Source: Octopus sinensis
Taxonomy: Eukaryota
Assembly (NCBI RefSeq): GCF_006345805.1
Contig: NW_021834183.1
Coordinates: forward strand, 1 to 49,767
DNA: 49,767 bases
Reading direction: 5' to 3'
Below the pieces are notes generated by a model. The model had not been told where the DNA came from and ran no database searches. It was given only the letters and a program-made list of their open reading frames with translations. The position numbers and the translations under genes are program-made. Within the stretch, counting starts at the first letter, position 1. Each line of letters opens with the position of its first letter. Of the stretch, positions 21,552 to 33,770 are shown piece by piece.

Positions 21552-22997
21552 CAGTAGACTATTCATTTAACGAAAATGAAAATTGAGCATTCGTTAAATG
21601 AATTTAACGAAAAAATTGTTTAATTAAAAATGTGTCATGTAATCGGTAATTTTAGGTTCTTTCTTTTTAATTTTTGCCAATTATTTCTCAATTTGTAATT
21701 AGGTGAATATGTTCACCAGATTCTTGCAAAAAATATTTTTCAATATTTTCCAAATATTTAAGTGCATCTGCATAACCAATGGGATTGTCACTTTTATTAT
21801 CTCTAATTGTAAGGTGATTTAAATTTAATACCTTTTCGTCAGTGGATTCTTCAAGTATTTTTTCATCTATCTTCGCCCAATTATTTAATGCCTTGTTAAA
21901 GCAATTTTTGATAGTGTCCACTGTGACTTCGTTCCAAGCCTCAATAATTAAAGGTAGAGCATTCACTAATTTGAATTTGGTAAGTTCATCTGTATATGAC
22001 AATGTTCCTATATTTGTTCCCATACTCAAATTTCTAGTCATTCCTTTTTTATACAACGATTTAAATGAATGCACAATCCCTTGATCAATTGGTTGAATCT
22101 TAGATGTTGTCTTTGGAGGAAGAAAATACAATTCGATATTACTGAATTCGCCATCAAAATAGTGAACTGGCGCATTATATAAAAGAAGCAAAATCTTTCT
22201 ATTTTCCACACTCATTTTGGAATTTAACCGTTCAACCCAGTTTTTAAAAATTAAACTGGTCATCCAAGATTTATTGCTATTTGCATATTGAATCCCAAGA
22301 TTATTCATATTAATATTTTTAAAACCATGAGGATTTTTGAATTTTCCGATTACCAACGGATGCTCTTTATCTCCTTCCATACTCTTCCTTAAAGCGTGAA
22401 ATCCATGGGTGAGATGCTTTGAAATTTTCAATATAAAATCGTTGAGCAATTTTGAGTGCCATTTCGCGTACCATTTCATTAGTTATGGTGTGATTACAGA
22501 AACGTTTGTTCTGAATCCATGCATATAGTGGTTCATATATCTTATCAGTACAACTTTTAAATGTAATATTCTTTTTTTGTTTGTGACGCCTTGATCCATA
22601 CAATTGCATTTTCTTCAACGTTGAATTGATCACACCAATAGGCATATTAACCGCTGAGCCAAATTTTCTTGAGTAACAGCAGGATTATTCTTCTTGAAAT
22701 CAATAACTTCCAGTTTTTGTTGAATTTGATAAGTTTTTTTTTTTTTCTTCATATTGTTCACCCTTGTACACATGGTTTACTACAAAGAAATAGCGAGGAA
22801 AAATTATTTTAAAATTTTATCAAAAATTTTAATTTTCGTTATTTAAATATTCGTTAAATATATTTAAATATTCACTAATACAAAGAAAAAAAATTTTTAT
22901 TTTTGAATTTATCTAAGGAAAAACGTAAAAAATATTTTGACTTTCGTAAAATGAATATTTTCGTTAAATTTTTTTTCGTTAAATGGATAGTCTACTG
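21552..22997 (-). mobile_element. pogo/Tigger-like DNA transposon, internally deleted (1446 bp)
   Basis: 25-bp TIRs CAGTAGACTAT(T/C)CATTTAACGAAAA with one mismatch; TA TSDs; CENP-B-type HTH (FKASHPWISRFK) and DDE_1 region (LLLLYNAPVH, PPKTTSKIQPIDQGI). Confidence 0.92.
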
Positions 22998-23347
22998 TAT
23001 TTATTAAAAAAACTAAAAAATGTAAATTACTTTAATCTATGTTAAGAATAAATTTGAGACATATTTGCAATATTGTCCCATAGTAAATTTATAAGAAAAA
23101 ACATGTTCAGTTTTATTTTTGTTTACTGTAGCTTGTTCATGGTTATAGGTTTTCGTTTGTTTTCCTCATTTATATTAATTATCAAACAAATCCGTATTAA
23201 ACGATTTGAATTATATTTTTTTACGATACACAACTAGTATCCTCTATTTATCTAAACGAGGTGCATTTTCTACAAACTTCAACAAAAAATTTAAAAATTG
23301 TCTCAGAATTATACAAACAATAAATCATTTTTTTATAAAAAAACAAG

Positions 23348-23758
23348 TTATGTTTTTTCACCTCGAATTCTTCTCGATAAATGCATATCGTTTGGCATTA
23401 TAGTTACTCTTTTTCCGTGAATTGCGCACAAATTACTGTCTTCAAAAATTCCAACAAGGTAACTCTCTGCCGCTTCTTGGAGAGCGACAATCGCTGACGA
23501 TTGAAAACGCAAATCAGTTTTGATAAACTGAGCGGTTTCTCTCACGAGTCTCTGGAATGGAAGTTTTCGTAGTAACAAATCAGTGCTCTTTTGATATCGT
23601 CTAATTTCTCGCATTGCAACAACTCCAGGTCGAAATCGATGAGGTTTCTTTACCCCTCCAAATTGTGAAACAGACTTGCGAGCAGATTTTGCAGACAACT
23701 GTTTCCTTGGTACTTTTGCACCAGTAGATTTTCGAGCTGTTTGTTTTGTTCTAGCCAT
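23348..23758 (-). CDS. H3: Histone H3, highly divergent
   Basis: 136-aa [16 protein letters not shown]...[10 protein letters not shown]...RRIRGEKT. Confidence 0.97.
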   Translation of the reverse strand: MARTKQTARKSTGAKVPRKQLSAKSARKSVSQFGGVKKPHRFRPGVVAMREIRRYQKSTDLLLRKLPFQRLVRETAQFIKTDLRFQSSAIVALQEAAESYLVGIFEDSNLCAIHGKRVTIMPNDMHLSRRIRGEKT

Positions 23759-23783
23759 ATTTTATTATTTCAGACAAGGGGGG

Positions 23784-24790
23784 AAAAATTTATTAGTTAA
23801 GGGAGGCAGTTAAAAACTAACTAAGTAGACCTTCGGCATCGCTGCCTTTTCAGTCTCCATCACACACACGCCTCCCTACACACAACCACAAGTTAAGACT
23901 TACCGCCTTACCTGCCATCCAGAAATAATCTTCTCTAGGACCTCAGAGAGGCCTTTGAGGGATGATTCCTGGGCGTCGGAGAGCTCAGTCCGGAATCCTA
24001 AGCCATAGGCTAGCCTTATGGCTCGTCTTCTTACTTTTTTAAGCACGTCAACATGCTTATCCCTGTCCTCATAGAGGTACCAAGCGTGGACGCCATAGGT
24101 CAAGACGGGTAACACCATGGCGTTAAACACGCGGAACCAGGCACCTCTGCTCAAGCGGAAAGCACGCAACGCACCTAATCGCTGCATTGCACGCATTTTC
24201 GTACGTGCAATGTGATCATCAAACTTACCGGACGGCTTAAAGAGCACGCCCAAATAAGTCATCCGATCAACTGCAGCGATTGCTGACCCGCTCAGCAATA
24301 ACCTAGGAACAAAATTAGTGTAACCCCTCGTCCTTTTACAGGCTTTAAGGACACTGCACTTGTCCGCGCACATTCTCAGACCCCTACTCCCACACCAGTT
24401 TGCAAGTCCATCCACAGCAACCTGAAGCCTACGACACGCACACTCCGGTTTCATTGAGTGATCCCAGAGGATAATGTCGTCTGCATAGATTACCATTTCA
24501 GTACGAGCATTGACTGGCATAGGCGCAGTGGCCATAAACACATTGAATAGTGTCGGACTGAGCACAGAGCCCTGAGGGACCCCGCGAAGGACTGTTGCGA
24601 CTTTAGAAAAGACCCCCTGATGCCGCACGACTGTCTGCGAGATTCAAGAAACCCCGACAGCCAGCGCCTTAGACACGGAGAAACCCCACACGTGGCAAGG
24701 GAACTCCGGAGGCCGTCGTGCCACACCGAGTCGAAGGCCTTTTCAATGTCGAGACTAACTAAAATACCGCATTCCCTTTTCTGGAGGGCG
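23784..24790 (-). mobile_element. Jockey/I-group LINE 3' block (5'-truncated at about 24790)
   Basis: Nearly identical to 16178-17190; ORF 23900-24628 has PQG and YADD; same AATAAATTTTT 3' end. Confidence 0.93.
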
Positions 24791-24878
24791 GACAATGCCA
24801 GTATAGTAAAAAAGACTCATTCCGAATTTTTTTCAAAAAGTATTATTCCGAAAATTTTTGGTTAATTACTCATTGGAA

Positions 24879-27103
24879 TTTTTTTATTAATAATTAATTA
24901 GAGAGGCTGTTAGTGAGGTAACATAAGGAGACCTTCGGCATTCCTGCCTTTTCGGTCCAGCACACACGCTCGCCTCTCTACACAACCACAGGTTAGGACT
25001 TACCGTCTTACCTGCCACCCAGTCATTATCTTCTCTAGGACCTCAGGGAGGCCTTTGAGGGACAATTCCTGGGCGTTGGAGAGCTCATCACGCCATCCTA
25101 AGCCGTAGGCTAGCCGGATGGCTCGTCTTCTTACTTTCTTAAGCGCGTCAACGTGCTTTTTCCCTGTCCTCGCAGAAGTGCCAAGCGTGCACGCCATAGG
25201 TTAACACGGGTAACACCATGGCGTTGAACACACGGAACCAGGCACCTCTCCTCAAGTGGAAAGCACGCAACGCGCCTAATCGCTGCATCGTTCTTCGCCA
25301 AGGATCTTCTTGGCCTCGGCAACGTTGCAGTGTAGCATTTCATCTACACTGCAATTCATCTCCTACAAAATTTTAATAGGGAAACGCATAATTGCACCGC
25401 AGGACTAATACTGTCCTGCGGTACACGCTCGCCAGGGGCTGAGTGCAATGGCATCTCCACGTATGGAGGACGCCTTTTCAGCCCCACGTTGTGCCGGACG
25501 GTGCCGCCGTTAGCCGCCTCGGAAGGCATTGCCGGCTTAGGCAACCAAGCGGACTCGGAAGCTTTCGCCTGCTTTGCCAACTTTGTCGGCGAAGGCTGCA
25601 CCGACCCACACGCAGCATGGCTCACAGGTTCCACTGGCTTCGCCACCCTAGCGGATTTGGAAGGTTTGGCCAGTATCGCCTGCTTGTCAGGTTTTGGGGC
25701 AGGGGGCGCGACGCGAGGCGGGCGCCTTACCTTTGGGATTACATCCCCACCTACCTTTCGGGTTGCCTCCTTAAACTTGGGGCAACCTCTGAAGTTGGCA
25801 GTGTGTCCTAACTTACCGCAATTGACACACTGCCTCTCCTTGGATGGTGAGGGGCACGTCTTGCGACCATGCTCTCCACCGCAGATAAGGCACTTAGCCT
25901 TATCCGGGCACTTCGTAGAGATGTGCCCGAACCCCTGACACCGAAAGCATTGGGTTGCTTTCGGGCGGGGCCAGGCAGCTCGGATCCTAATGTAGCCGAT
26001 CCTGGTACCAAGAAGTACCAGGCGCTCGGCTTCTGCAGGAGACCCAGTGTTAGCTCCGCCACTTCAAGAGGGCGATTACCCTGCTTGAAGCGTGCAATGG
26101 CAGAGGCACTGGGGTACTCCTGCTGCAGGTGATCTAGGAGGTCATTATCCTCGAAGTCCCGAGGAACCCGAGGAGGAGGACACTTACCTTTCTTACCTTA
26201 CGTTCGATCCTGACTAGGCGATGCATGCCAGGACCGAACGGATTTGACTTCTCCAACTCCCCTTGAAGTGGAGAAGTCATCCTCCTTCTCCCAACCAAGC
26301 AGGAATTGGGTGGGCTCCCTCTTCAGGACTCTATACAGCTTTGAAGGCTGGATAGAGTCCAAGGTACCTAGGATCTTTACGACCGAGGCCTTCCACTTGT
26401 AGGGAGGACCTCAAGTCGTGCCACAGCACCAAAGGTAATTCTACCCCCGGCGCCAGTGGTCTTCTTTGGGTGTGCATCCACCTGAGCGGACGCACACCCA
26501 GTACCTAAAACATTAGGGGTTGGACGGCCAGCAACACGTTTCGGCTTCCCCACCGTGTGCCAATCGTCCTCGGGGGGAACCTTATTTCCTGCCGGACCCA
26601 CCGGAGCGGGCCCAGGAGACGACACCCTGTTAGCATTAAATGACTTAAGTTGGCTGGGTTTGGCACCACTAGACAAACCGCAAACACGTGGCGAACCAGC
26701 ATGCTGTGCGGTTGTCGTGGCTACCAAACAATTAGTACCTGTTGCAGCTGCTGCTCCCCCGACACCAGCCAAAGGGGAGCAGAGGGAGAAGAGTCTCCAG
26801 TGAGTGCTGAACCCATCTGGGAGGGTCCAGGCTTCGACCTCCTGCTTTGACCTAAAGAATTAAAAACACCACTAGAATAGCCGGAAGCACGTGGCGGTGA
26901 ACCACGGCTCCGGCAGTTCATCGTAGTGGCACACTGAACCGTCTTGTCCTCCGGGGAGTGCGAAGCGGGAACGCCTCCACTTCGACATAGCCTTCTTAGT
27001 GCAGACAGTTGTCTCTTTGTAGCGACGGAAACATTTTTTGTTTTAATGGGAGCTCTTTTTTGTCCTTTTGTGCTAACTTTAGGTGCTATAATTAACAAAA
27101 TTT
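24879..27103 (-). mobile_element. Internally deleted LINE of a related subfamily: ORF1 (three CCHC knuckles) joined to the last about 400 nt and a short poly(A)
   Basis: CFRCQGFGHISTKC, CLICGGEHGRKTC, CVNCGKLGHTANFRGC at about 25780-25950; junction gaagaa|cgatgcagcg near 25290 into a diverged RT C-terminus; ends AAT(A)7. Confidence 0.85.
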
Positions 27104-27143
27104 TGTTAGCAAACATTATATTAGATTAGATTTAAACAATTAA

Positions 27144-28384
27144 TTAATTTTCAAACTGATTTTTGAGACGACGAACACAGAAATCTTTAGAAAAGTTTTC
27201 ATGCAAATTTTTTGTTCTACGACTCGATTCCAAATAGTTTGTCCAGCATGCATTAAGTATATCATCGACAGTAATATTATCCACGTTATGTCCAATCATT
27301 CTGATTATAAAGAATCCATCATTTTTTAGATATTTCGAGACAAAGTCCGAGACATTGGTCTTCTCCTTGCCTGTTATTTTTACATATTTAGTGACATATG
27401 ACAGTCTTGCAGGAAAATAGAGAAAATAGTAGATCCAATTGAAAAAATAGTAGCACGAGTATATCCCAGCTAAACAATAGAAAAACCAAACAAGGAGGAA
27501 TATTTTTTCCAAAAATAAATTTACTTGGAGCACACATTGCAGTGTGTATCTGTATTCCTGGTTTACTTCTCGTATTGTGAAGTCGCAATATGTCACTCGA
27601 GGAAAGTAAGATGACTCGTTAAGTTCTCTGCCATGGAAATACTCGTTAATCAGAACGGGCCCGTATGTTTGAAATTGAAAACCCAAGAAAACGTTAAACA
27701 GAACAAGCTGGAGAAAAATATTTGCAAGAAACAGTAGTTTGGTGACGAAGTAGGCAATGGTTAAATAGTTCCCCTTTCGACGTCCTCCAATCATCATAAC
27801 CGTTTTTATAAAATACAAAATGTAGGTGAGGATAGAGACTGGAGGGTCACGATCGGTCACATAGTCGTTGATTTCACTGGAAACCGATTTGGCAAGACGT
27901 GTTTTGTCTGCAACTTTAACTGAATCTCTCGCCTTGATGCATGTTTCTATTATCTTTGAAAGATTTATTCCAGAATTAGAAGAATAGGTACGCCAAATAA
28001 CAATTGGGACATAGAAAAGGAATGCCATGAACATGAATATAAATTGAATCCATTGATAGTAAGGAAGAGTTGTTTTCTGCTGCTCGGCATTCGACTCAGG
28101 AAGTCTTTTTCCTAGTGGGGCGAAATAGGTGCCTTTCACCCAACAAATCGAGTGGGCGTAATCCGTGTAGGCGGCTAAAAATATATAAATAACTACAAAC
28201 ATGTGAATATAGGAGGACACCAGCATTGAATCGGAGTTCCAACATAGTTACGTGTCAAAATAATCAAGCCAAATGCAAATAATAATGTAGCACCATATCG
28301 GTAACTCAGTCTATCGGCTCGGTCGTCATCTTTTCTTGACTTTGAGTCGACAACAGCTCTCGAGAAAAAACGTACAAACTGCAT
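27144..28384 (-). CDS. inx: Innexin, duplicate copy
   Basis: Same translation as 11311-12551; intron 28175-28200. Confidence 0.93.
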
Positions 28385-28963
28385 TCTTAGAGATTAATGA
28401 AACTAAATATCCTATTTAATATCTATTTGAATCTTCAATATTAGCCGATTTTTGATAATCCGACCATTTTCCGAGTCCATTAATTATAATTACAACAATT
28501 TCTATATAATATTAAAGGTTTTCAGTAACATATATCTCTTTCATTTTAAAAATTTTCCTCATTTTTTATGAGAGTTTTTCCATAAAAAACAAGTTTAAGA
28601 AAAGTCTTTAATAACAAAAATACCAATACAATTAATTAAAACATAACTAACGACAGATCTCAAGCGTACGAAATTTTGCGAAACAATTGTCAGTTCACAG
28701 GTGACAAAGATCAAACGACAACGAAATCTTAAAATAAGAGATCTTAAAACGAAATCTTAAAATATAATAAAAATGTAATTTAGAGTTAAGATGAACATAT
28801 AGTGTCTTTGGTGTTACAATATGTTTTTTAATTAAACAAAAATAATTTTCGTTAAATTTAGATTAACGAATTTTTTTTTATAAAGTACTAAAAATCCTGA
28901 AAAAATCAATTTTTAAGGAAAATTTTATTAACGAAAACGATTTTTTGAATTCTCACTCATGAG

Positions 28964-30097
28964 TAGGGCGAACTAAGTTAAAAAAGTTAAAATTTAATAA
29001 TAGTAAATAAATAATAATTTGAATGATTTTTTAACTATATTTTATTATAAATAAATGCATATTGATGCCAAAACCCAAGTGTTCGTTGCTTAAGAAAGCC
29101 AAGCGTATAGTCTCAGAATTCAAAGATGAGTTCTGTATTGCTGACGATGGCCTTCTATTTTGTTCTCTTTGTTTATCCAAAGTCAATTGTGCAAAAAAAT
29201 TTTCAGTCGATTTTCATCGTTCTTCTTTAAAACATCAGAACAATATGCGTATAAATGTAATACAATTGTAGGTCATTCATGTGATTCAGTTCAAACAACA
29301 TTAACTGAATCAATCAAAGTAGATTCGGTTAAAGAAACGGTCACGGAAGCTTTTGTACAAGCAAACATCCCGCTATACAAATTAAAAAATGATTCGATCA
29401 AAAAAATGTTTAAAACATTTAACATTAACACTCCGTCCGAATTTTCATGCAGAACTACGGTTAAATTTCTTGCACAAAAAAAGATAAATGAGTTGACAAA
29501 ATTATTAACGTATTAAAGTTTATTTTTTAACTTTTAGAAACGAAAAGATTTTTATAATGATTGATGAAACAGATATCCGAAGGAAAAGTTTTGTAGTGAT
29601 TCTAATTGGAAGCATTCGCTTTCCAACAAAATCCTATTTGGTTGAATGCAAACCACTGGAAAATCATGCCAATGCTGCTATCATCTGCCAAATAATAGAT
29701 GACGTCATTAGAGAAATGAAGATTATTTGTGACAATTTTTATCTGTTAATCTCAGATGCCGCTCCTTATATGATTTCTGGTGATATAAAAGTATCTAAAT
29801 AAATAGGCGGTAAAACTTTAATGGTCATGTATAACAACATGCATCATGTGACTTGTGTTTCTCATTTGTTACACAATACGGTTTTACGTATAAAGTCTGC
29901 ATATCCGGAAATAGATGGCTTAATTGCAAGCATTAAAGCTGCCACAGTAAAAAACCGAAGACGTCGTAATTTGTTCAAGGATGTTGAATACCCACCTGAT
30001 GTCGTAATTACTAGGTATTCTTTTTCTTAATTTATGCAGATGGGGAAGTTGGTTTAAAGCAGCGAAATATTATTTCACGAATTTTGAAAAAATATAC
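28964..30097 (+). mobile_element. CGGBP/hAT-like transposase, duplicate truncated copy
   Basis: Same ORF fragments as 13131-14264. Confidence 0.8.
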
Positions 30098-31271
30098 TGA
30101 CTGACTGACTTTGCCTCCCCTCTCCCCGACAGGCTCTTCAGTTGTTTCCAGAAGTCCGGAAAGCGCGGGTCCACTCTTTGGCAGGCCCGCTCCCACCGTG
30201 AACTTTCGTGTTCACGGATTTCCCTCCGGATCTCCCTCTGAAGCCGGCTGATCCAGCCGCGAAACCAGACACGGTTCTCCTGGTAGACGCATTTGTCCCG
30301 CAGTCTGGACAGCCGGCGCTTGAATCTAATTTTATTTAGCACCCTGTACGGGAGCGTGGAATGTGCCTGGCCCTGTACTGGGTTCTGTTTGAAATTATCT
30401 CGCATATAATCAGACAGGGCAGCATTGATTCCATTATCTAACGCCTCCAACTCTCGTATGTTGGCGCAGGTATTCCCCACCAGGAGTGAGGGCAACCTGC
30501 TGGCCATGAACCTCTCCAGGTTGGCCCAGGAACCGGACCGGAGGTCAAAGTATCCTGGGGCCTTTTGAGGAACTGGCTCACGGAGTTCGTGCAATAGAGG
30601 CAGATGGTCGCTCCCAATATCAGGCAATAAGATTGTGTTACTAACCCAATTTAGCATCCCGGGGCTGACCAGAGCAAGGCCTAGCCAGTCTTGTCCTCCC
30701 CGCGAATCGATGTGGTTTGGCTCGCTTGAAGATCTGATTTCCAACCCGAGGTCTTCAACCAGCGTCTTTAGAGCCAAACCATGCGCGTTGGTTACCCTGA
30801 AACCGAGCTCTTGGTGCTTGGCATTCAGGTCCCCAACGACCATCGCCTTCGGATGCTTTCCAAAGAACTCCCGTACGTGCCAAGAACACGCCGTAAAGTT
30901 CTTCGAATACATCGCCCCTAGGTAAAATGTTAAATTACCTATGCGAATCCTCACTTGGAGGAATTCACATAGGCTACAAGAACATAAACCTGAGCTCCGG
31001 AGCAAGGTACGGCTTGTAGAAGAGGCTAGTTCCAGTGCCACATGTTGACCCCTTGTTTCCAGGGTATGTGACAGCAGTTGTAGCCATCAACTACGTACCG
31101 ATCCTGCTTTAAAACTTGTTTCGTTGACCACCAGGATGTCCGCACTAGTGGTGGCCAACATCCTCCGAATCGCGTCTCCTTTGCCTGACAAGGAGCGCGC
31201 GTTCACCGATATGATGTTGAGCTGGATGAGTGTGCCTGAGCCCAGTGGGAGCAGGTCATGGTTGCGAACAT
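30098..31271 (-). mobile_element. LINE endonuclease block, duplicate copy
   Basis: ORF 30070-31041 contains GDLNAKH and PDIGSDHLP in one frame; indels near 31000-31120. Confidence 0.88.
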
Positions 31272-31689
31272 CTCATGAGCTGATGCTCAGCGAATAGAAA
31301 AGCTAAATAGAACAAAAATTAAAAAGGGGAATTTTAGTTAACTTAAATTAACCCCAGAAGCGACAAAAATTATAAATTTTCTAAAATATTCGCATCATAT
31401 TTAAATTTAAAAATAGATGTACATTTTCTCTTTAAAACGCGAGATTTTTACTGATTCTCTAACTAAACATAATTATAAACCGATTCAAAAAAGTAAACTA
31501 TTAGAAAAAAATTAATTTTTCAAAAGATATAACTCTACTTTACTCTATAAATATACTTTTTGTTTTTTCTAGAATATTTCTTACCGATTAAAAAAGCAAT
31601 CGTAGTATTTCACCATCGTTTGTTAGTTAGTATATTTATGAAATTGCTAATTTTTTATCAATGTATTTTATTAAAAAAATATTTATAAT

Positions 31690-31998
31690 TTATCCACCAA
31701 ATCCATAAATTGTCCTACCTTGACGTTTCAAGGCATTAACAACGTCCATTGCGATAACAGTTTTTCTTTTGGCATGTTCAGTGTAAGAAATACAATCACG
31801 AACAGTTTGCTCAATAAAAATTTTAAGGACAGAACGTGTCTCCTCGTAAATTTTTCCAGAAATTCTTCGAACACCTCCTCTTCGACATAGTCTTCTTATT
31901 GCTGGCTTAGTAATTCCTTGTATATTGTCAATTAATATCTTTCGAAATCGTTTTGCACCACTCTTTCCTCCTTTGCCACCTTTACCACGTCCAGACAT
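31690..31998 (-). CDS. H4: Histone H4, duplicate copy
   Basis: Same protein as 15855-16163. Confidence 0.96.
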   Translation of the reverse strand: MSGRGKGGKGGKSGAKRFRKILIDNIQGITKPAIRRLCRRGGVRRISGKIYEETRSVLKIFIEQTVRDCISYTEHAKRKTVIAMDVVNALKRQGRTIYGFGG

Positions 31999-32012
31999 TA
32001 TTCTTAAGGAGG

Positions 32013-33770
32013 AAAAATTTATTAGTTAAGGGAGGCAGTTAAAAACTAACTAAGTGACCTTCGGCATCGCTGCCTTTTCAGTCTCCATCACACACACGCC
32101 TCCCTACACACAACCACAAGTTAAGACTTACCGCCTTACCTGCCATCCAGAAATAATCTTCTCTAGGACCTCAGAGAGGCCTTTGAGGGATGATTCCTGG
32201 GCGTCGGAGAGCTCAGTCCGGAATCCTAAGCCATAGGCTAGCCTTATGGCTCGTCTTCTTACTTTTTTAAGCACGTCAACATGCTTATCCCTGTCCTCAT
32301 AGAGGTACCAAGCGTGGACGCCATAGGTCAAGACGGGTAACACCATGGCGTTAAACACGCGGAACCAGGCACCTCTGCTCAAGCGGAAAGCACGCAACGC
32401 ACCTAATCGCTGCATTGCACGCATTTTCGTACGTGCAATGTGATCATCAAACTTACCGGACGGCTTAAGAGCACGCCCAAATAAGTCATCCGATCAACTG
32501 CAGCGATTGCTGACCCGCTCAGCAATAACCTAGGAACAAAATTAGTGTAACCCCTCGTCCTTTTACAGGCTTTAAGGACACTGCACTTGTCCGCGCACAT
32601 TCTCAGACCCCTACTCCCACACCAGTTTGCAAGTCCATCCACAGCAACCTGAAGCCTACGACACGCACACTCCGGTTTCATTGAGTGATCCCAGAGGATA
32701 ATGTCGTCTGCATAGATTACCATTTCAGTACGAGCATTGACTGGCATAGGCGCAGTGGCCATAACACATTGAATAGTGTCGGACTGAACACAGAGCCCTG
32801 AGGGACCCCGCGAAGGACTGTTGCGACTTTAGAAAAGACCCCCTGATGCCGCACGACCTGTCTGCGAGATTCAAGAAACCCCGACAGCCAGCGCCTTAGA
32901 CACGGAGAAACCCCGCACGTGGCAAGGGAACTCCGGAGGCCGTCGTGCCACACCCGTCGAAGGCCTTTTCAATGTCGAGACTAACTAAAATACCGCATTC
33001 CCTTTTCTGGAGGGCGCTCTTCATACTAGACGACACCTTGTGAAGGCAGTCCCCGCATGAGCGGCCCTTGTGAAGACAGTCAACTTTGAGACCGATACGT
33101 AGACAGATACCAACTCGCAGTGTGTCAGAATCCAAGAGAGTCCCCAAGCTTTCGATCGGGAAGGCTTCTAACCATTCTCCACTCCCCGTGGACCTCCCGG
33201 CAAGCAAGCATGCTCTACGGTGTTGATTCGATGTCTTTAGGAGACTCTCGAACCAACCTTCGCACACAATCTTGTCATAACTCTTCTGCAAGGAGAAGTC
33301 CGACGGCAGCTTCGATTCGTTTGCGCTCCAACTGTCAAGTAGGCAGTCATCTTAGGTAATGAAGATTCGGGGAGGAGATGGAGAATCTTCCAAACCAGAG
33401 TTTGACTGCTGTACAGTGAAGGCAGGAATGCGGGGCGGACACATCGATAGGAGTTCGGATGCCAGACCTCCAAAGGAGACAGGAAGGAAGCTTGTTTCCA
33501 GCCTTGATCGTCGAATTTGATGTTTATGATGCGTTCGGTTGTTTTCCGGAAAAGGACATTAATAGAATGAAGTTGATCATTTTCTAAGAAGCAGGGTGAC
33601 CCTCGTAGCACATGATTTAATTTTTGGATGCCAAGGGCATTTTTGAGCAAGAAGAAGGCTGTATGTGGGTCCAACAAATTAAGACGAACAAAAATCTTTT
33701 CCAGTAGCATTTCCTTAGTTTCAAGAGCGTCCTTGATTCCACCATCTGTCAATGGGCAAGAGAGATAAGG
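32013..33770 (-). mobile_element. Duplicate LINE RT block plus CRE-like block, multiple frameshifts
   Basis: Copy of 16178-17936. Confidence 0.88.

Noticed and set aside
23348-23758. CENP-A identity for the divergent H3
   Set aside because: Canonical-length N-tail with [10 protein letters not shown] and no loop-1 insertion.
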